DNA from: a virus
Taxonomy: Duplodnaviria > Heunggongvirae > Uroviricota > Caudoviricetes
IMG/VR virus record: IMGVR_UViG_3300039008_000325
Coordinates: 1 to 49,371 of that record
Direction: 5' to 3' (one strand)
DNA: 49,371 nt
Part shown: piece after piece, positions 17,520 through 27,126 of the stretch
Position numbering within the stretch: the stretch's first letter is position 1
Layout: every line of letters begins with the position of its first letter
Position numbers and translations under genes: made by a program
The notes under the pieces: model-generated
The model's database searches: none
What the model was told of the DNA's origin: nothing
The model's input: only the letters and a program-made list of their open reading frames with translations

Positions 17520-18257
17520 CTATAATACAAATACTTCCATTTTAAAACCTGTTTCTTCCTTCTTATAACCTAATGGATTACATATAACACCGGTATCTTT
17601 CATCATATATTTAATATGATTATGCATATGTCCATGTATCCAAAATTTGTGTTTAGTAATAATATCAGTATCTATTTCTTCAAAGAAAAACTTATTTAGA
17701 TTTTTACCAATATATTTTAAATCACTAGATTTTTCAGAAGGTGCATGATGAGTAACTATTAATGTTTCTTTATCATTAAACTCTTTATTAAATGCTTTTA
17801 TCTTATTTAAAGATTCTTTATGATACACGTTACCTAATTGAACATTCTCTATATAATTAAAATCATTTAATGCTTTAACGTGCATATTATTACTATTATA
17901 TGCTTCAGTCCATAAAGTGCTTCCAAATATATAAATTGACCTATCACCTTTTGTAAACTCATAAATATCATCATCTAATACAATAAAGTTTTCTTTAGAA
18001 TTGATAAATCTATCATCAATATCTCTATTATAGAACTCATGATTACCATAAACAAATATTGTTTTAAATCTTATATCTGATAATGTATCAATAAAATATT
18101 GTAAATTATCATCATCAAATGACTTAACACCAGATACAAGATCTCCAGCTATGAATAAAATATCTATTTCATCAGCTACCTTTTCAATTTCTCGATATGC
18201 TGAATCATAATTACCATGTATATCAGATATAACACTAAACTTGATTTGTTCCTTCAT
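17520..18257 (-). CDS. calcineurin-like metallophosphoesterase
   Basis: SDIHGN, AGDL, GNHEFY, THHAP, WIHGHMH, NPLGY. Confidence 0.9.
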   Translation of the reverse strand: MKEQIKFSVISDIHGNYDSAYREIEKVADEIDILFIAGDLVSGVKSFDDDNLQYFIDTLSDIRFKTIFVYGNHEFYNRDIDDRFINSKENFIVLDDDIYEFTKGDRSIYIFGSTLWTEAYNSNNMHVKALNDFNYIENVQLGNVYHKESLNKIKAFNKEFNDKETLIVTHHAPSEKSSDLKYIGKNLNKFFFEEIDTDIITKHKFWIHGHMHNHIKYMMKDTGVICNPLGYKKEETGFKMEVFVL

Positions 18258-18564
18258 TTTCTCTCTCCACTGCTTTTGTTTCTATTTTAGATAACTCAAC
18301 ATTAAATTGAAGAAACAAATCATAGTAGTCCTTAAATTTATTAAATGTTTTCTTAACAATCGTTTTAGATTCATAAGAACCATCTTCGTATATCTTCAAT
18401 GCTGTAAATTTAGGTTTATTATTTACTACTTCAGAAATAAGCTTATAAGTAGTAATAATATAATCTATATTATTATATTCATTGAAGATATACACTTCGT
18501 TAGAATCATTAATATCTTTATGGATTGGATATAAATTCTCTATGTTAGGTAATTTATTAAACAT
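18235..18564 (-). CDS. hypothetical protein
   Basis: 109-aa ORF in operon. Confidence 0.7.
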   Translation of the reverse strand: MFNKLPNIENLYPIHKDINDSNEVYIFNEYNNIDYIITTYKLISEVVNNKPKFTALKIYEDGSYESKTIVKKTFNKFKDYYDLFLQFNVELSKIETKAVERENEGTNQV

Positions 18565-18565
18565 A

Positions 18566-18802
18566 TTATTTAGCCAATGTATAACAATTCATTGAAGCAC
18601 TAAACGTGTGATATTTACAATCTTTTGATATTCTGTGTTTTGGACACACTGATATATTTGTTTGTGTTTGTAAATATTTTACAGATGTTGCTTCTGCTGT
18701 GAATACTGTTTCGTGACCAGCTTTACATGTAGTAACATATCTAGCTGCATTCGCTGTTGAGCTAACTAAAATAGCTGTAAGTAATATTAATTTTTTCATC
18801 AT
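18566..18802 (-). CDS. small exported Cys-containing protein
   Basis: Signal peptide MKKLILLTAILVSSTANA; four Cys. Confidence 0.7.
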   Translation of the reverse strand: MMKKLILLTAILVSSTANAARYVTTCKAGHETVFTAEATSVKYLQTQTNISVCPKHRISKDCKYHTFSASMNCYTLAK

Positions 18803-18807
18803 AAATC

Positions 18808-18975
18808 CTAATTTAATGTTGAGATTGCTTTCTTAATTAATTTTATTTCTTCTTTAGAAAGTGTATACCATCTGTCTAGAAAGTCTAGAAATGATTGTTC
18901 ACTTGGCCATTCTCCATCTATATATTTTTTAATTTCTTCTTTAATATCTTTTGGTAATTGTACTTGTATAGTCAT
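18808..18975 (-). CDS. small hypothetical protein (55 aa, not in track)
   Basis: MTIQVQLPKDIKEEIKKYIDGEWPSEQ...; AGGAGAG SD. Confidence 0.65.
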   Translation of the reverse strand: MTIQVQLPKDIKEEIKKYIDGEWPSEQSFLDFLDRWYTLSKEEIKLIKKAISTLN

Positions 18976-18983
18976 GTTCTCTC

Positions 18984-19205
18984 CTATTTCATATTTTTTA
19001 AAAAATTAACGATATCATCTTGTGAAGTAATTAAGTTATCACCATCTAAAATAGCTGGTAAAGTTCTTAATTGTGCAGGTATTTCTACATCACCAGGAGA
19101 ATCCATATCAACTATTTGAAGTTTTTTTAATTCTTCAGCATGCATATGCTTAATTGAAGAACATTTACTGCACCAGACAGCTGTAAAAAATAATGGTTTA
19201 TCCAT
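18984..19205 (-). CDS. thioredoxin/glutaredoxin-like protein
   Basis: FFTAVWCSKCSSIK and LPAI (cis-Pro) motif. Confidence 0.8.
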   Translation of the reverse strand: MDKPLFFTAVWCSKCSSIKHMHAEELKKLQIVDMDSPGDVEIPAQLRTLPAILDGDNLITSQDDIVNFLKNMK

Positions 19206-19272
19206 TCCTTTTTCCTTTCCTTTTTAGTTATTCACCAGAATAGTTATTAGATAACTACTCCAGAAAATACCT

Positions 19273-19899
19273 TTAATCTTCCATTAAGAATATATGATTA
19301 CCAATGATTGCTTCAACAGTCATTTTTTTATTCCATTTTGGATTAACTTTCTTAGTATGATAATGCAATGATCGCATTTTATATTTATAGTTGTTATGTA
19401 TTGTATTATAAGCAATTGTATTAGCTAATTTCCAAGCTTTTTTATCTTTAATATGCCATTTATCAGAACCTTTTTTAAGTGTCCATGAAAATTGTTTATG
19501 TGCTCTAACAACATCACAAGGATTGTTTGCCCATCTTTCTGAAAAAACCCTGTTCATTGTTACTTGTGCTACAGCAACTTGACCTTCAACAGATTCACTT
19601 CTAGCTTCATGATATATATTATATGCTAAACAAGAACAATGAATATCTTCTTCACATTTAGGTTTAATTTTACCAGGTAAAGTAACTAAATCTTTTGAAC
19701 AAACAACTTCACCATCCTCAATTCTAATTAGTGGATCTTGATATTTAGTTTGTAGATATTGTTGCGTAACTCTATCTGCATTAATCTTATATTCATCGCT
19801 ATTTATACAACGATCTTTAAATGTGAAATTATTAATCGCAATTAATATTGTACTAGTAAATAATATACCAGCTAGACTAGTTTTTAGATTGTTTTTCAT
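19273..19899 (-). CDS. SleB-like cell wall hydrolase (Hydrolase_2)
   Basis: CLAYNIYHEARSES..GQ.AVAQV..NRV, QFSW, HYH....P.W, IGNHIF; N-terminal anchor. Confidence 0.9.
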   Translation of the reverse strand: MKNNLKTSLAGILFTSTILIAINNFTFKDRCINSDEYKINADRVTQQYLQTKYQDPLIRIEDGEVVCSKDLVTLPGKIKPKCEEDIHCSCLAYNIYHEARSESVEGQVAVAQVTMNRVFSERWANNPCDVVRAHKQFSWTLKKGSDKWHIKDKKAWKLANTIAYNTIHNNYKYKMRSLHYHTKKVNPKWNKKMTVEAIIGNHIFLMED

Positions 19900-19923
19900 T
19901 ATAATTCTCCTCTTAATACATAT

Positions 19924-19952
19924 ATTATATGATATTTTGAAGTATAAATCAA
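19924..19952 (-). promoter_or_regulatory. early-type promoter TTGATT-N17-TATAAT
   Basis: Hexamers read directly; same consensus recurs at 20491-20519, 22012-22040, 22898-22926, 23251-23279, 27643-27671. Confidence 0.7.
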
Positions 19953-20465
19953 CTACTTTCCAAATTTATTTTTCTCTTTTAAATCATATGTTGTTTCAAG
20001 ACGAAAACCAGCACGTAAGAAGTCTTCTATTGATTCATTCACAGATATAAATTTTCTTAATACTTTATGTTTATTTTTAACACTATCACTATTATTTTCT
20101 TTAAGTGTGATATAAGGTCTAAGACTATTAGAAACTAATTCTTCTCTAGCTTTACTTGAGAATGATTGATGAAAATAAACAACAGGGTATTTATCACCTT
20201 TTCCTTCTAAATGTAGTGATTTTATACCGAAAGAAGCGGTATCATTTGAACGAATATAAAAATCATTAGCTATTGATAAACATACATTATTACCTTTTTC
20301 AATTTGTACCATTTTACCATCTTTATCTGGATGTGTTCCCCAGTTAATTTTATTAATTATAACAGTTAAAATACCATCTTTACGATGCATTGTACCTTCT
20401 AATAAAGTACATTTTCTACCATTAATATCTACACCATAATTTTTTTCTTTTGTTTTATTACCCAC
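19953..20465 (-). CDS. hypothetical protein
   Basis: 170-aa ORF, GTG start with AGGAGAG SD. Confidence 0.75.
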   Translation of the reverse strand: MGNKTKEKNYGVDINGRKCTLLEGTMHRKDGILTVIINKINWGTHPDKDGKMVQIEKGNNVCLSIANDFYIRSNDTASFGIKSLHLEGKGDKYPVVYFHQSFSSKAREELVSNSLRPYITLKENNSDSVKNKHKVLRKFISVNESIEDFLRAGFRLETTYDLKEKNKFGK

Positions 20466-20490
20466 GATAACTCTCCTTTTTATTTACCTA

Positions 20491-20519
20491 AGTATAATTA
20501 TAATAAAATTTAAAATCAA
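20491..20519 (-). promoter_or_regulatory. early-type promoter TTGATT-N17-TATACT
   Basis: Hexamers read directly. Confidence 0.65.
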
Positions 20520-20547
20520 TATTTGTTATAAAATTTATGTGATTAAA

Positions 20548-20572
20548 ATGGTGTGCTTTTTACACACACCAT
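20548..20572 (-). terminator. putative intrinsic terminator
   Basis: ATGGTGTG/CACACCAT stem then TTT on the minus strand. Confidence 0.55.
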
Positions 20573-20582
20573 TCATATCAAG

Positions 20583-20900
20583 TTATTTGTAATGACTATT
20601 CATGATTCTTGCTTCATTCTCATCTAAACATAATAGTTTCCAACTGACATTCTTTCTAATTTCACCACTTGGAAATTCTATTTTGCAAACATGTTCGTTG
20701 AAATCAATTACTTTAACCAATTCAATTGTATGTACGTAATATCTTTCTAATTGTTTCTTTTGTTGTTTTCTCCTATAAAATGTAAAAGGTTCCTTACATC
20801 TTTTACAATAACCACCAATCTGAATGGGAGTTGACCATCGATCTATGAACAATTTACAATGTGCACAGCTCTCTTTACTTTTGTCATTACAACTCATCAT
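20583..20900 (-). CDS. hypothetical Cys-rich protein
   Basis: CAHC...CKRC motifs. Confidence 0.7.
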   Translation of the reverse strand: MMSCNDKSKESCAHCKLFIDRWSTPIQIGGYCKRCKEPFTFYRRKQQKKQLERYYVHTIELVKVIDFNEHVCKIEFPSGEIRKNVSWKLLCLDENEARIMNSHYK

Positions 20901-21087
20901 CCTTGTGTTGATTAGCTTCTTGTTCAGTTGGATAACATCTATCCTTACTTACCGGAAACTGTGTTTCACACAACAAATTTGTTACAAAATATGTACTATT
21001 AGTTTCTGATTTTATTACACAAGGTAATACTGAACCATTTACTACAGCAAAAATCTTCTGTTTTCTTTTACTTTCTTGATTTTCCAT
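20887..21087 (-). CDS. hypothetical protein
   Basis: 66-aa ORF. Confidence 0.6.
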   Translation of the reverse strand: MENQESKRKQKIFAVVNGSVLPCVIKSETNSTYFVTNLLCETQFPVSKDRCYPTEQEANQHKDDEL

Positions 21088-21132
21088 ATTTAAAAATATT
21101 TAAGAGGTTTAAAAATAAACATTAATTCTTAA

Positions 21133-21321
21133 TTAACTTTTTTCCATTTGATTCATTTTACTTTGAAGTAAAATAATATGTTGTTGATTATCTTGTCTTT
21201 CTTTATATTCAGCAAATTCTGACACAGTAATATCATTACCATATATTAACTTTGCTTGGTATAGATCAGCTTCAAAATCTTCTTTGACACTGTATTTATA
21301 TTTTCCAACTTGATATCCCAT
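21133..21321 (-). CDS. hypothetical protein
   Basis: 62-aa ORF with GGAGAG SD. Confidence 0.7.
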   Translation of the reverse strand: MGYQVGKYKYSVKEDFEADLYQAKLIYGNDITVSEFAEYKERQDNQQHIILLQSKMNQMEKS

Positions 21322-21343
21322 AGAACTCTCCCTTTAACTTAAC

Positions 21344-21367
21344 AGATAAGAGCACAAACTCTTATCT
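21344..21367 (-). terminator. putative terminator hairpin
   Basis: 9-bp AGATAAGAG/CTCTTATCT stem. Confidence 0.5.
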
Positions 21368-21373
21368 CTTAAA

Positions 21374-21676
21374 TTAAACTTTTACACATTTCCAATTAAA
21401 TACTTTCTTTTTGTCACGCTTCGAACTGAGAATAATTAATAGCTGAGATGGTTCAATAAACTTCTTGCTATAAATTTTAAGTATCTTTTTAATACTTTCT
21501 TTATATATTTTCAAATTCTCAACATAAAATCTCAATTGTTTTAGATTATTACGTTTCCATTTATCAGCTCGTCTATTAAATAGACAATTAGCGTGTTGCT
21601 CGTAAATTAAGTAAGTTGAAATGTACACTTTCAACATTTCCATGTTGACTTTGTTCTGCTTCTTCTTTGCTTTCAT
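21374..21676 (-). CDS. hypothetical basic protein
   Basis: 100-aa ORF, weak SD. Confidence 0.5.
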   Translation of the reverse strand: MKAKKKQNKVNMEMLKVYISTYLIYEQHANCLFNRRADKWKRNNLKQLRFYVENLKIYKESIKKILKIYSKKFIEPSQLLIILSSKRDKKKVFNWKCVKV

Positions 21677-21710
21677 ACTGCTTAGTTTTAGATTTAAAAA
21701 TAGTGATATA

Positions 21711-21992
21711 TTAGTCTTGATCTTCCCTTTTAACTAATTCAATATCAAGATCAAGTATCTTATTATGTAAATTACATTGTTGTATACATTTATTAAAATT
21801 TGTGAATATCTCGTGTGATTGATATACTATATCATTTGAACATTGATATTGTGCATAAATACCATTGTTTGATAATACTATATGTATTTCTCGAATTTGG
21901 ACTCTTTCTGGATATGCAATTGGTGTTGTATTATGAACCCATACATTTTGACCAATTTCATAATCTAAATCTTTTTTCCATTTATCTTCCAT
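21711..21992 (-). CDS. hypothetical protein
   Basis: 93-aa ORF downstream of a TTGATT-N17-TATAAT promoter. Confidence 0.75.
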   Translation of the reverse strand: MEDKWKKDLDYEIGQNVWVHNTTPIAYPERVQIREIHIVLSNNGIYAQYQCSNDIVYQSHEIFTNFNKCIQQCNLHNKILDLDIELVKREDQD

Positions 21993-22011
21993 TGTTGTTC
22001 TCCCTAATCAT

Positions 22012-22040
22012 ATTATATAATACACCATATATTAAATCAA
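22012..22040 (-). promoter_or_regulatory. early-type promoter TTGATT-N17-TATAAT
   Basis: Hexamers read directly. Confidence 0.7.
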
Positions 22041-22092
22041 ATAAAGATTATAATATATGGTGTATCCTCTCCATCCTTAACTTCATAACAAG

Positions 22093-22278
22093 CTAACTTA
22101 ATAATTTTACTATTTCAGCTGAACAAGGTATCACCTTTTTAAATTTATTTTCAACTAAAATTTTTGGTAACTCTACAGATCTTACTATTCCACAAAATGA
22201 AAACATTTTATCTGTAACAATTACTTCACTACCTACGATAATTTTATTAGAATTATCAGGTTCATTCTTGTCGGTCAT
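22093..22278 (-). CDS. hypothetical KOW/SH3-like small protein
   Basis: IIVGSEVIV...GIVRSV pattern. Confidence 0.55.
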   Translation of the reverse strand: MTDKNEPDNSNKIIVGSEVIVTDKMFSFCGIVRSVELPKILVENKFKKVIPCSAEIVKLLS

Positions 22279-22303
22279 AATAGTTTGATTTAGTTTAAAT
22301 TAT

Positions 22304-22867
22304 TTAGTGTTGATTTATATGTATAGCATTAAAAGCTATAATAAATTTCTTTAAGTTCTCTAACTTAGCACCTTCATTAGATGTGTAGCCATCACCACCA
22401 TCATCCCATATATTGAATTCTATTATATCTAAATTATCATAATCATCTTTAACTAGATTTTTTAATTTAGCTTCAGTAAACTTATCAATTGTTTCTTTTA
22501 ATAGATCTTCAGGTATGTCACGATTTTCATCATACCAAGGACAAAATCTATAATACACTTTACTATGTATTAAACTTTTTAATTCATCAATACTAGGTTT
22601 TTCAGCATTTTTCATTAGATTAAATAAAATCTCTGCAGCTCTTTCACATGTAATATATGAATTTGGATCTGCTTTGATTTCTTCTAATGGTCTTTTATCC
22701 CATTTCTTACTATAATCTTCTTTTAAATAATTATAGAAATATTTCTTTTTACCAAAAAGTTCACGTTGTAATTCTTTTACAGATGAAGGTCTTGGATTAT
22801 TTTTATCAAATGTAATAATAAAACTACTTGAGCTACTATTACTTACAAAACCGTTTCTTTTTTTCAT
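22304..22867 (-). CDS. phage protein with N-terminal RxGFVSNSSSSSF motif
   Basis: MKKRNGFVSNSSSSSFII. Confidence 0.8.
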   Translation of the reverse strand: MKKRNGFVSNSSSSSFIITFDKNNPRPSSVKELQRELFGKKKYFYNYLKEDYSKKWDKRPLEEIKADPNSYITCERAAEILFNLMKNAEKPSIDELKSLIHSKVYYRFCPWYDENRDIPEDLLKETIDKFTEAKLKNLVKDDYDNLDIIEFNIWDDGGDGYTSNEGAKLENLKKFIIAFNAIHINQH

Positions 22868-22929
22868 AATACACCTCGTAATATTGTTAACGTAAATATT
22901 TTACAATATTAAATTTATATAATCAAGAA

Positions 22930-23211
22930 CTAAAAGCATTTAGATAATTCTGGTAATAACTCTTTATTTGTTTTGTAGTTTTCCCAGAAGAATTGTGTAG
23001 TTTTTGGTTCTGATTCCATATCTTCAAAATTCAATACAGCAAAACCTTCTTCACCAATTTTTCCAATTACATAAAACCCATCTGATTCAGGTTTTAAAAT
23101 TGTTGCTGATGTAGCATCTCCAAGCTCTCTGATTTCTTTCCAAGATATTAAGTTATAAATAAATTCCCTTTTAACGTCTAAAAGGATTGAGTCTAATTTT
23201 TTAGATTTCAT
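22930..23211 (-). CDS. hypothetical protein
   Basis: Probable start MKSKK at 23211 (SD GAGG); the longer track start runs through the promoter. Confidence 0.7.
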   Translation of the reverse strand: MKSKKLDSILLDVKREFIYNLISWKEIRELGDATSATILKPESDGFYVIGKIGEEGFAVLNFEDMESEPKTTQFFWENYKTNKELLPELSKCF

Positions 23212-23250
23212 AATTCCTCTCCTATAAATGATTTCCTTTTCTATACACAT

Positions 23251-23279
23251 ATTATAGTATATTTTTAGGGGGGAATCAA
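23251..23279 (-). promoter_or_regulatory. early-type promoter TTGATT-N17-TATAAT (cassette repeated at 40858-40892)
   Basis: 30/35-nt identity with 40858-40892. Confidence 0.7.
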
Positions 23280-23323
23280 CCATGAAACAAAACTTTTTTT
23301 CCTTATTTTTATAACTTGTTGAG

Positions 23324-23653
23324 TTATCTATACTTTCTTATGACTTTATTTTTACGATTTATCTTTAATTCTTTTAAACAACCACAAGGTGTGCTATGAT
23401 AATCTTCGATACAATCACCAGTAATAAATTCATATTGATCTTCATACCAGGTAGTTACACTGATAGCAAGCCCATATATTTTATCAATTTCATCATAAGT
23501 AACTATATCAACAACTTCAGCACTTAATTTAAATCCATTAGATTGTAAAAATTGTTCAACTTTTTCTAGTTCTTCTTGAGATTCTATAGTAAATATATAA
23601 TCATCTTCAACAAATTTTTTCTTCCAGTTAAATACTTTATTCATCATGAACAT
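23324..23653 (-). CDS. hypothetical protein
   Basis: 109-aa ORF. Confidence 0.65.
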   Translation of the reverse strand: MFMMNKVFNWKKKFVEDDYIFTIESQEELEKVEQFLQSNGFKLSAEVVDIVTYDEIDKIYGLAISVTTWYEDQYEFITGDCIEDYHSTPCGCLKELKINRKNKVIRKYR

Positions 23654-24038
23654 TTCCTATGATTTCAATTTCATAATCATCTAACCATCTAAGTAATGTG
23701 CAATCATAATCTTCATCATTAACATCGATTTCACCAAAAGGACCAATTTCAGATTCAGTATACCACATATCATCTGGAACAAAATTACCATCTTCATCTA
23801 AAGATTCATAATGTTGACCTCTTACTTTGTCACCTTCATATATTAAAGTACCACTAATATCAGTTCTACCTGTACAAGGTTCTTCAATAACATCATTTCT
23901 ATCTATTTCTAGAACATGAAAACCTGCACCATATTCAAACGGTTCTAATGCAAATAGACTACCATCATCTCTTTTACATATGTTTGTTAAATATTGTTTA
24001 CTTATTTTTCCCCAATATCTTGATTTATATCTACTCAT
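23637..24038 (-). CDS. YopX-family protein
   Basis: EPCTGRTDISGTLIYEGDKV...IEIIGNVHD. Confidence 0.85.
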   Translation of the reverse strand: MSRYKSRYWGKISKQYLTNICKRDDGSLFALEPFEYGAGFHVLEIDRNDVIEEPCTGRTDISGTLIYEGDKVRGQHYESLDEDGNFVPDDMWYTESEIGPFGEIDVNDEDYDCTLLRWLDDYEIEIIGNVHDE

Positions 24039-24210
24039 AGTAACTCTCCTTTACTATTAAATAACCTTTTCCATCGCAATGTGGACATATTTGTTTACTT
24101 TCTTCTAGACCAAGTAAATCACCAAATAAAATGAAAGGAGCTTCTATAATACTTTCATAATTTCTGATGTAACCTTTACCTTTACATCTTTCACATCTTA
24201 ACACAGCCAT
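24031..24210 (-). CDS. stand-alone DnaJ-type zinc-finger mini-protein (59 aa, not in track)
   Basis: CERCKGKG...CPHCDGKG, two CxxCxGxG repeats; GAGG SD. Confidence 0.75.
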   Translation of the reverse strand: MAVLRCERCKGKGYIRNYESIIEAPFILFGDLLGLEESKQICPHCDGKGYLIVKESYYE

Positions 24211-24221
24211 GAAAACCTCAC

Positions 24222-24440
24222 TTACACTTGAAATCCTTCAGGATATACTGTTTCCATTGGTGTATAATCTTCAGGTGCTTTCTGACCACAATTCTCACAT
24301 TTGATATTTGGAATAACATTGTTATGAAAGTATGCATCATCATAAGCTCCTAATAATTTTTGTTCATGTCCACAATGTTCACAAACTAAATTTGCATCGA
24401 AATCTCTTCTATATTGTTGTGTTTTATTTTTAATTTTCAT
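24222..24440 (-). CDS. zinc-ribbon protein
   Basis: CEHCG...CENCG. Confidence 0.75.
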   Translation of the reverse strand: MKIKNKTQQYRRDFDANLVCEHCGHEQKLLGAYDDAYFHNNVIPNIKCENCGQKAPEDYTPMETVYPEGFQV

Positions 24441-24460
24441 GACTCTCTCCTCATAATAAA

Positions 24461-24748
24461 TTATTTTAATGCATCATGTATTTTACATTCACATTCATTT
24501 GAATACATATCTAAACCCCAAGCTTGACATTTTCTACTACCTCTTCTCATATAAGATTCAGTGTATTTAATATAACCAGCATTTACAATAAGTTCTTTAC
24601 CTTCACAATTTATAATCAATTTCTTACCATTTTGTGGTAATATTTCTTCTTTATTTTGATTACCCATTACACTAAACGCTGCTATATTTGCATTGCAATC
24701 AAAATTAATTGTTAGGCAAGCTATTGTTAATAAAACTATTTTTTTCAT
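24461..24748 (-). CDS. small exported protein
   Basis: N-terminal signal-like MKKIVLLTIACLTI. Confidence 0.65.
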   Translation of the reverse strand: MKKIVLLTIACLTINFDCNANIAAFSVMGNQNKEEILPQNGKKLIINCEGKELIVNAGYIKYTESYMRRGSRKCQAWGLDMYSNECECKIHDALK

Positions 24749-24749
24749 T

Positions 24750-25043
24750 TTAATTCTCCTTTAACACTTTTAACACTGCTTCTTTTATTTTATCTTTTTG
24801 TTCTCGCTTTTTTAAATCAGGTTTATAAAATTTATGAATTCTTTCTTTTTCAGTTTTAAAAAATTCTTGTATTTCAGTTAATTTAGTATCTAAATCAAAA
24901 TAATAATAACAATCACGTGAAAAATCGCCGCAATAATATGTTTTTAATTTCTTTTTAAGTATACAATCAACGATATTAACTCTTTCAAAAGTTAATTCAT
25001 ATTCATTATCTATGTAACAACTAATTCTAATATACTTTTTCAT
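24750..25043 (-). CDS. hypothetical protein
   Basis: 97-aa ORF, coupled. Confidence 0.7.
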   Translation of the reverse strand: MKKYIRISCYIDNEYELTFERVNIVDCILKKKLKTYYCGDFSRDCYYYFDLDTKLTEIQEFFKTEKERIHKFYKPDLKKREQKDKIKEAVLKVLKEN

Positions 25044-25321
25044 TATTTCTCTCCTTTTAAACGTGGTATTAAATATTGTTTTTCATCATACGTCATTCTC
25101 TGTTTGGTATATATTATTGCACATGGATTTGTGCCAAGAAGCTCACGTATTTTTGACTTTGATATATTATTTTTAGTACGAAATTCTTCAAACTCTCTAA
25201 AGTAATCATGTTCTTTAAGTTCAGTACCGAAAACATTATTTACTCTTTTTTTGAATTTACGTAATTTTTCTACTTCAGATTCAAGTCGATTTATTCGTTC
25301 AGCTAATAATTGTATATTCAT
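25043..25321 (-). CDS. hypothetical protein
   Basis: 92-aa ORF, coupled. Confidence 0.7.
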   Translation of the reverse strand: MNIQLLAERINRLESEVEKLRKFKKRVNNVFGTELKEHDYFREFEEFRTKNNISKSKIRELLGTNPCAIIYTKQRMTYDEKQYLIPRLKGEK

Positions 25322-25331
25322 ATTAACCTTC

Positions 25332-26591
25332 CTATGTTAAATCTTCTATTCTTGTTCTTTGTGCAGTGTAGTTTTGATAGTTATCTATCTGATGTTTTCC
25401 ATATACTGCAAATACATGCTCACCATCTTCACAAACACTTTTTACAATACCAATTTCTTCTTGAGGTGTACCTTCTTTATAAGTAACTAAGTCACCTTCT
25501 TTTAAATTATGTTTTATTTCCACTTCACATATATTATATAATGGACAATTTCTACATTTTACTTCTGAATCATATTCTGTATTTAATAATTCATTTGTAA
25601 ACTTTAATGTTTTCTCATTATTCCAAATATCTTCAACAAAATTATCACATTCTAATACTGATAAACCTTCTTCCCATCCAGGTACTCCCTCTGAGAATGA
25701 ACAAGGATAAAAATCGCCATCTGTATTAATATATGAACTAAATAATGCACTTTCACAAGGTTCAACGTAATCAACAATTTCATCATATCTTTCTGGATAT
25801 AATTCTTTGATAGCTTTTAAGAATCTTTCAGCTCCACAACTATCAAATCCAAAATTAATTTTACTTTCAACTAGTTTCTTTACAACTAATTTATATTTTT
25901 CATCTGATAATACATTAAATTTTTCACCTCTACCTTTTTGTTTTAAAGATAGCAATACAATTGCATTTAATTTAGCTAATCTAGGATCTTCTTGAATATC
26001 ATCTATTGTTTCCATAATTTGATCAAACGTAGTTGAAGCAACTAATTGATGTATATTTACTTGATCCATTCCAGTGTCTGTTAATCTTTTAACTGAATCA
26101 TAACACCAATTTTTATTATGATATCTAGATACTGCACAAGCACCACATTTATCATGAATCTTTTGAGCTACTTCTTCTGTAATATTAGCTACTGTTAGAT
26201 TAGGAATAATACCTTTTTCTCTAGTGTAATCAAATATTTTCCACATATCTGGATTAGATGTACAAGTTGCATCTACACCAAATGCTATTTGAGTTACCGT
26301 TTTAGGTAATTTATCTGCAATAGTTTTATATGTTTCAAATGACATATAATTACCATTCATAGTGTTTGATTTATAACAGAATGGACATGGAACACCAGCT
26401 GGACCATTACATATAGTTGTTATTTCAATATCTGCAATTAATGGACCATATTTAGAACAAGTCGGATCTTCATCTTTAGTTCTACCCCAAGTTTCCATAT
26501 AACCTGTTATTTTATCAAAATTCCAATTGATTTCTTCTGATCTGAATATTTTGAATTTTTCTGTTTCTATTAACTTAGCTTTCATTTTCAT
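25332..26591 (-). CDS. radical SAM protein with SPASM/twitch-like domain
   Basis: DIEITTICNGPAGVPCPFCY (CX7CX2C), YINTDGDFYPCSF, CRNCPLY. Confidence 0.85.
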   Translation of the reverse strand: MKMKAKLIETEKFKIFRSEEINWNFDKITGYMETWGRTKDEDPTCSKYGPLIADIEITTICNGPAGVPCPFCYKSNTMNGNYMSFETYKTIADKLPKTVTQIAFGVDATCTSNPDMWKIFDYTREKGIIPNLTVANITEEVAQKIHDKCGACAVSRYHNKNWCYDSVKRLTDTGMDQVNIHQLVASTTFDQIMETIDDIQEDPRLAKLNAIVLLSLKQKGRGEKFNVLSDEKYKLVVKKLVESKINFGFDSCGAERFLKAIKELYPERYDEIVDYVEPCESALFSSYINTDGDFYPCSFSEGVPGWEEGLSVLECDNFVEDIWNNEKTLKFTNELLNTEYDSEVKCRNCPLYNICEVEIKHNLKEGDLVTYKEGTPQEEIGIVKSVCEDGEHVFAVYGKHQIDNYQNYTAQRTRIEDLT

Positions 26592-26769
26592 TTTCCTCCA
26601 AATTAAATGTTAATTTCTCATAAAATAACAATAATGAATATACCCATAGTGTTCTAAAATGTATATAACATAATAATATTATCCACATTAGTATTAGATT
26701 TCTATACATGTTTTCATTTAATTGTCGATTTATTGTATCGATTTGATCTTGTATTTCTTTATTTTCCAT
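26575..26769 (-). CDS. small membrane protein
   Basis: Hydrophobic central segment. Confidence 0.6.
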   Translation of the reverse strand: MENKEIQDQIDTINRQLNENMYRNLILMWIILLCYIHFRTLWVYSLLLFYEKLTFNLEENENES

Positions 26770-27106
26770 TTGTAAATAACCATAATATTGTTCTTATACC
26801 TGTAAATATATAATGATTATTATACTGATGTAAATCTACACACATAGTGCTATGTTCATGATTATGTTTTAATGTATAATCAAGTTCTAATGCAAATTTA
26901 TCTATAGTACATTCTACATCAGCTAATTTAGTATTCCATTTTAATATAATACTATCATCCGTAATTTTAATATTATCAGGTTCTGATGCATACTTATTTA
27001 AAAGTGTAGTAAATATTTCAATATTAACGATTGTTTCTGGTGATAAAGTTTTGGATAGTTCTAAATTTTCTTCATAAAATTTAGTCATATATTCTGTTAA
27101 TTTCAT
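26759..27106 (-). CDS. hypothetical protein
   Basis: 115-aa ORF with GGAGAGG SD. Confidence 0.75.
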   Translation of the reverse strand: MKLTEYMTKFYEENLELSKTLSPETIVNIEIFTTLLNKYASEPDNIKITDDSIILKWNTKLADVECTIDKFALELDYTLKHNHEHSTMCVDLHQYNNHYIFTGIRTILWLFTNGK

Positions 27107-27126
27107 AAACCTCTCCCAATTTTAAT

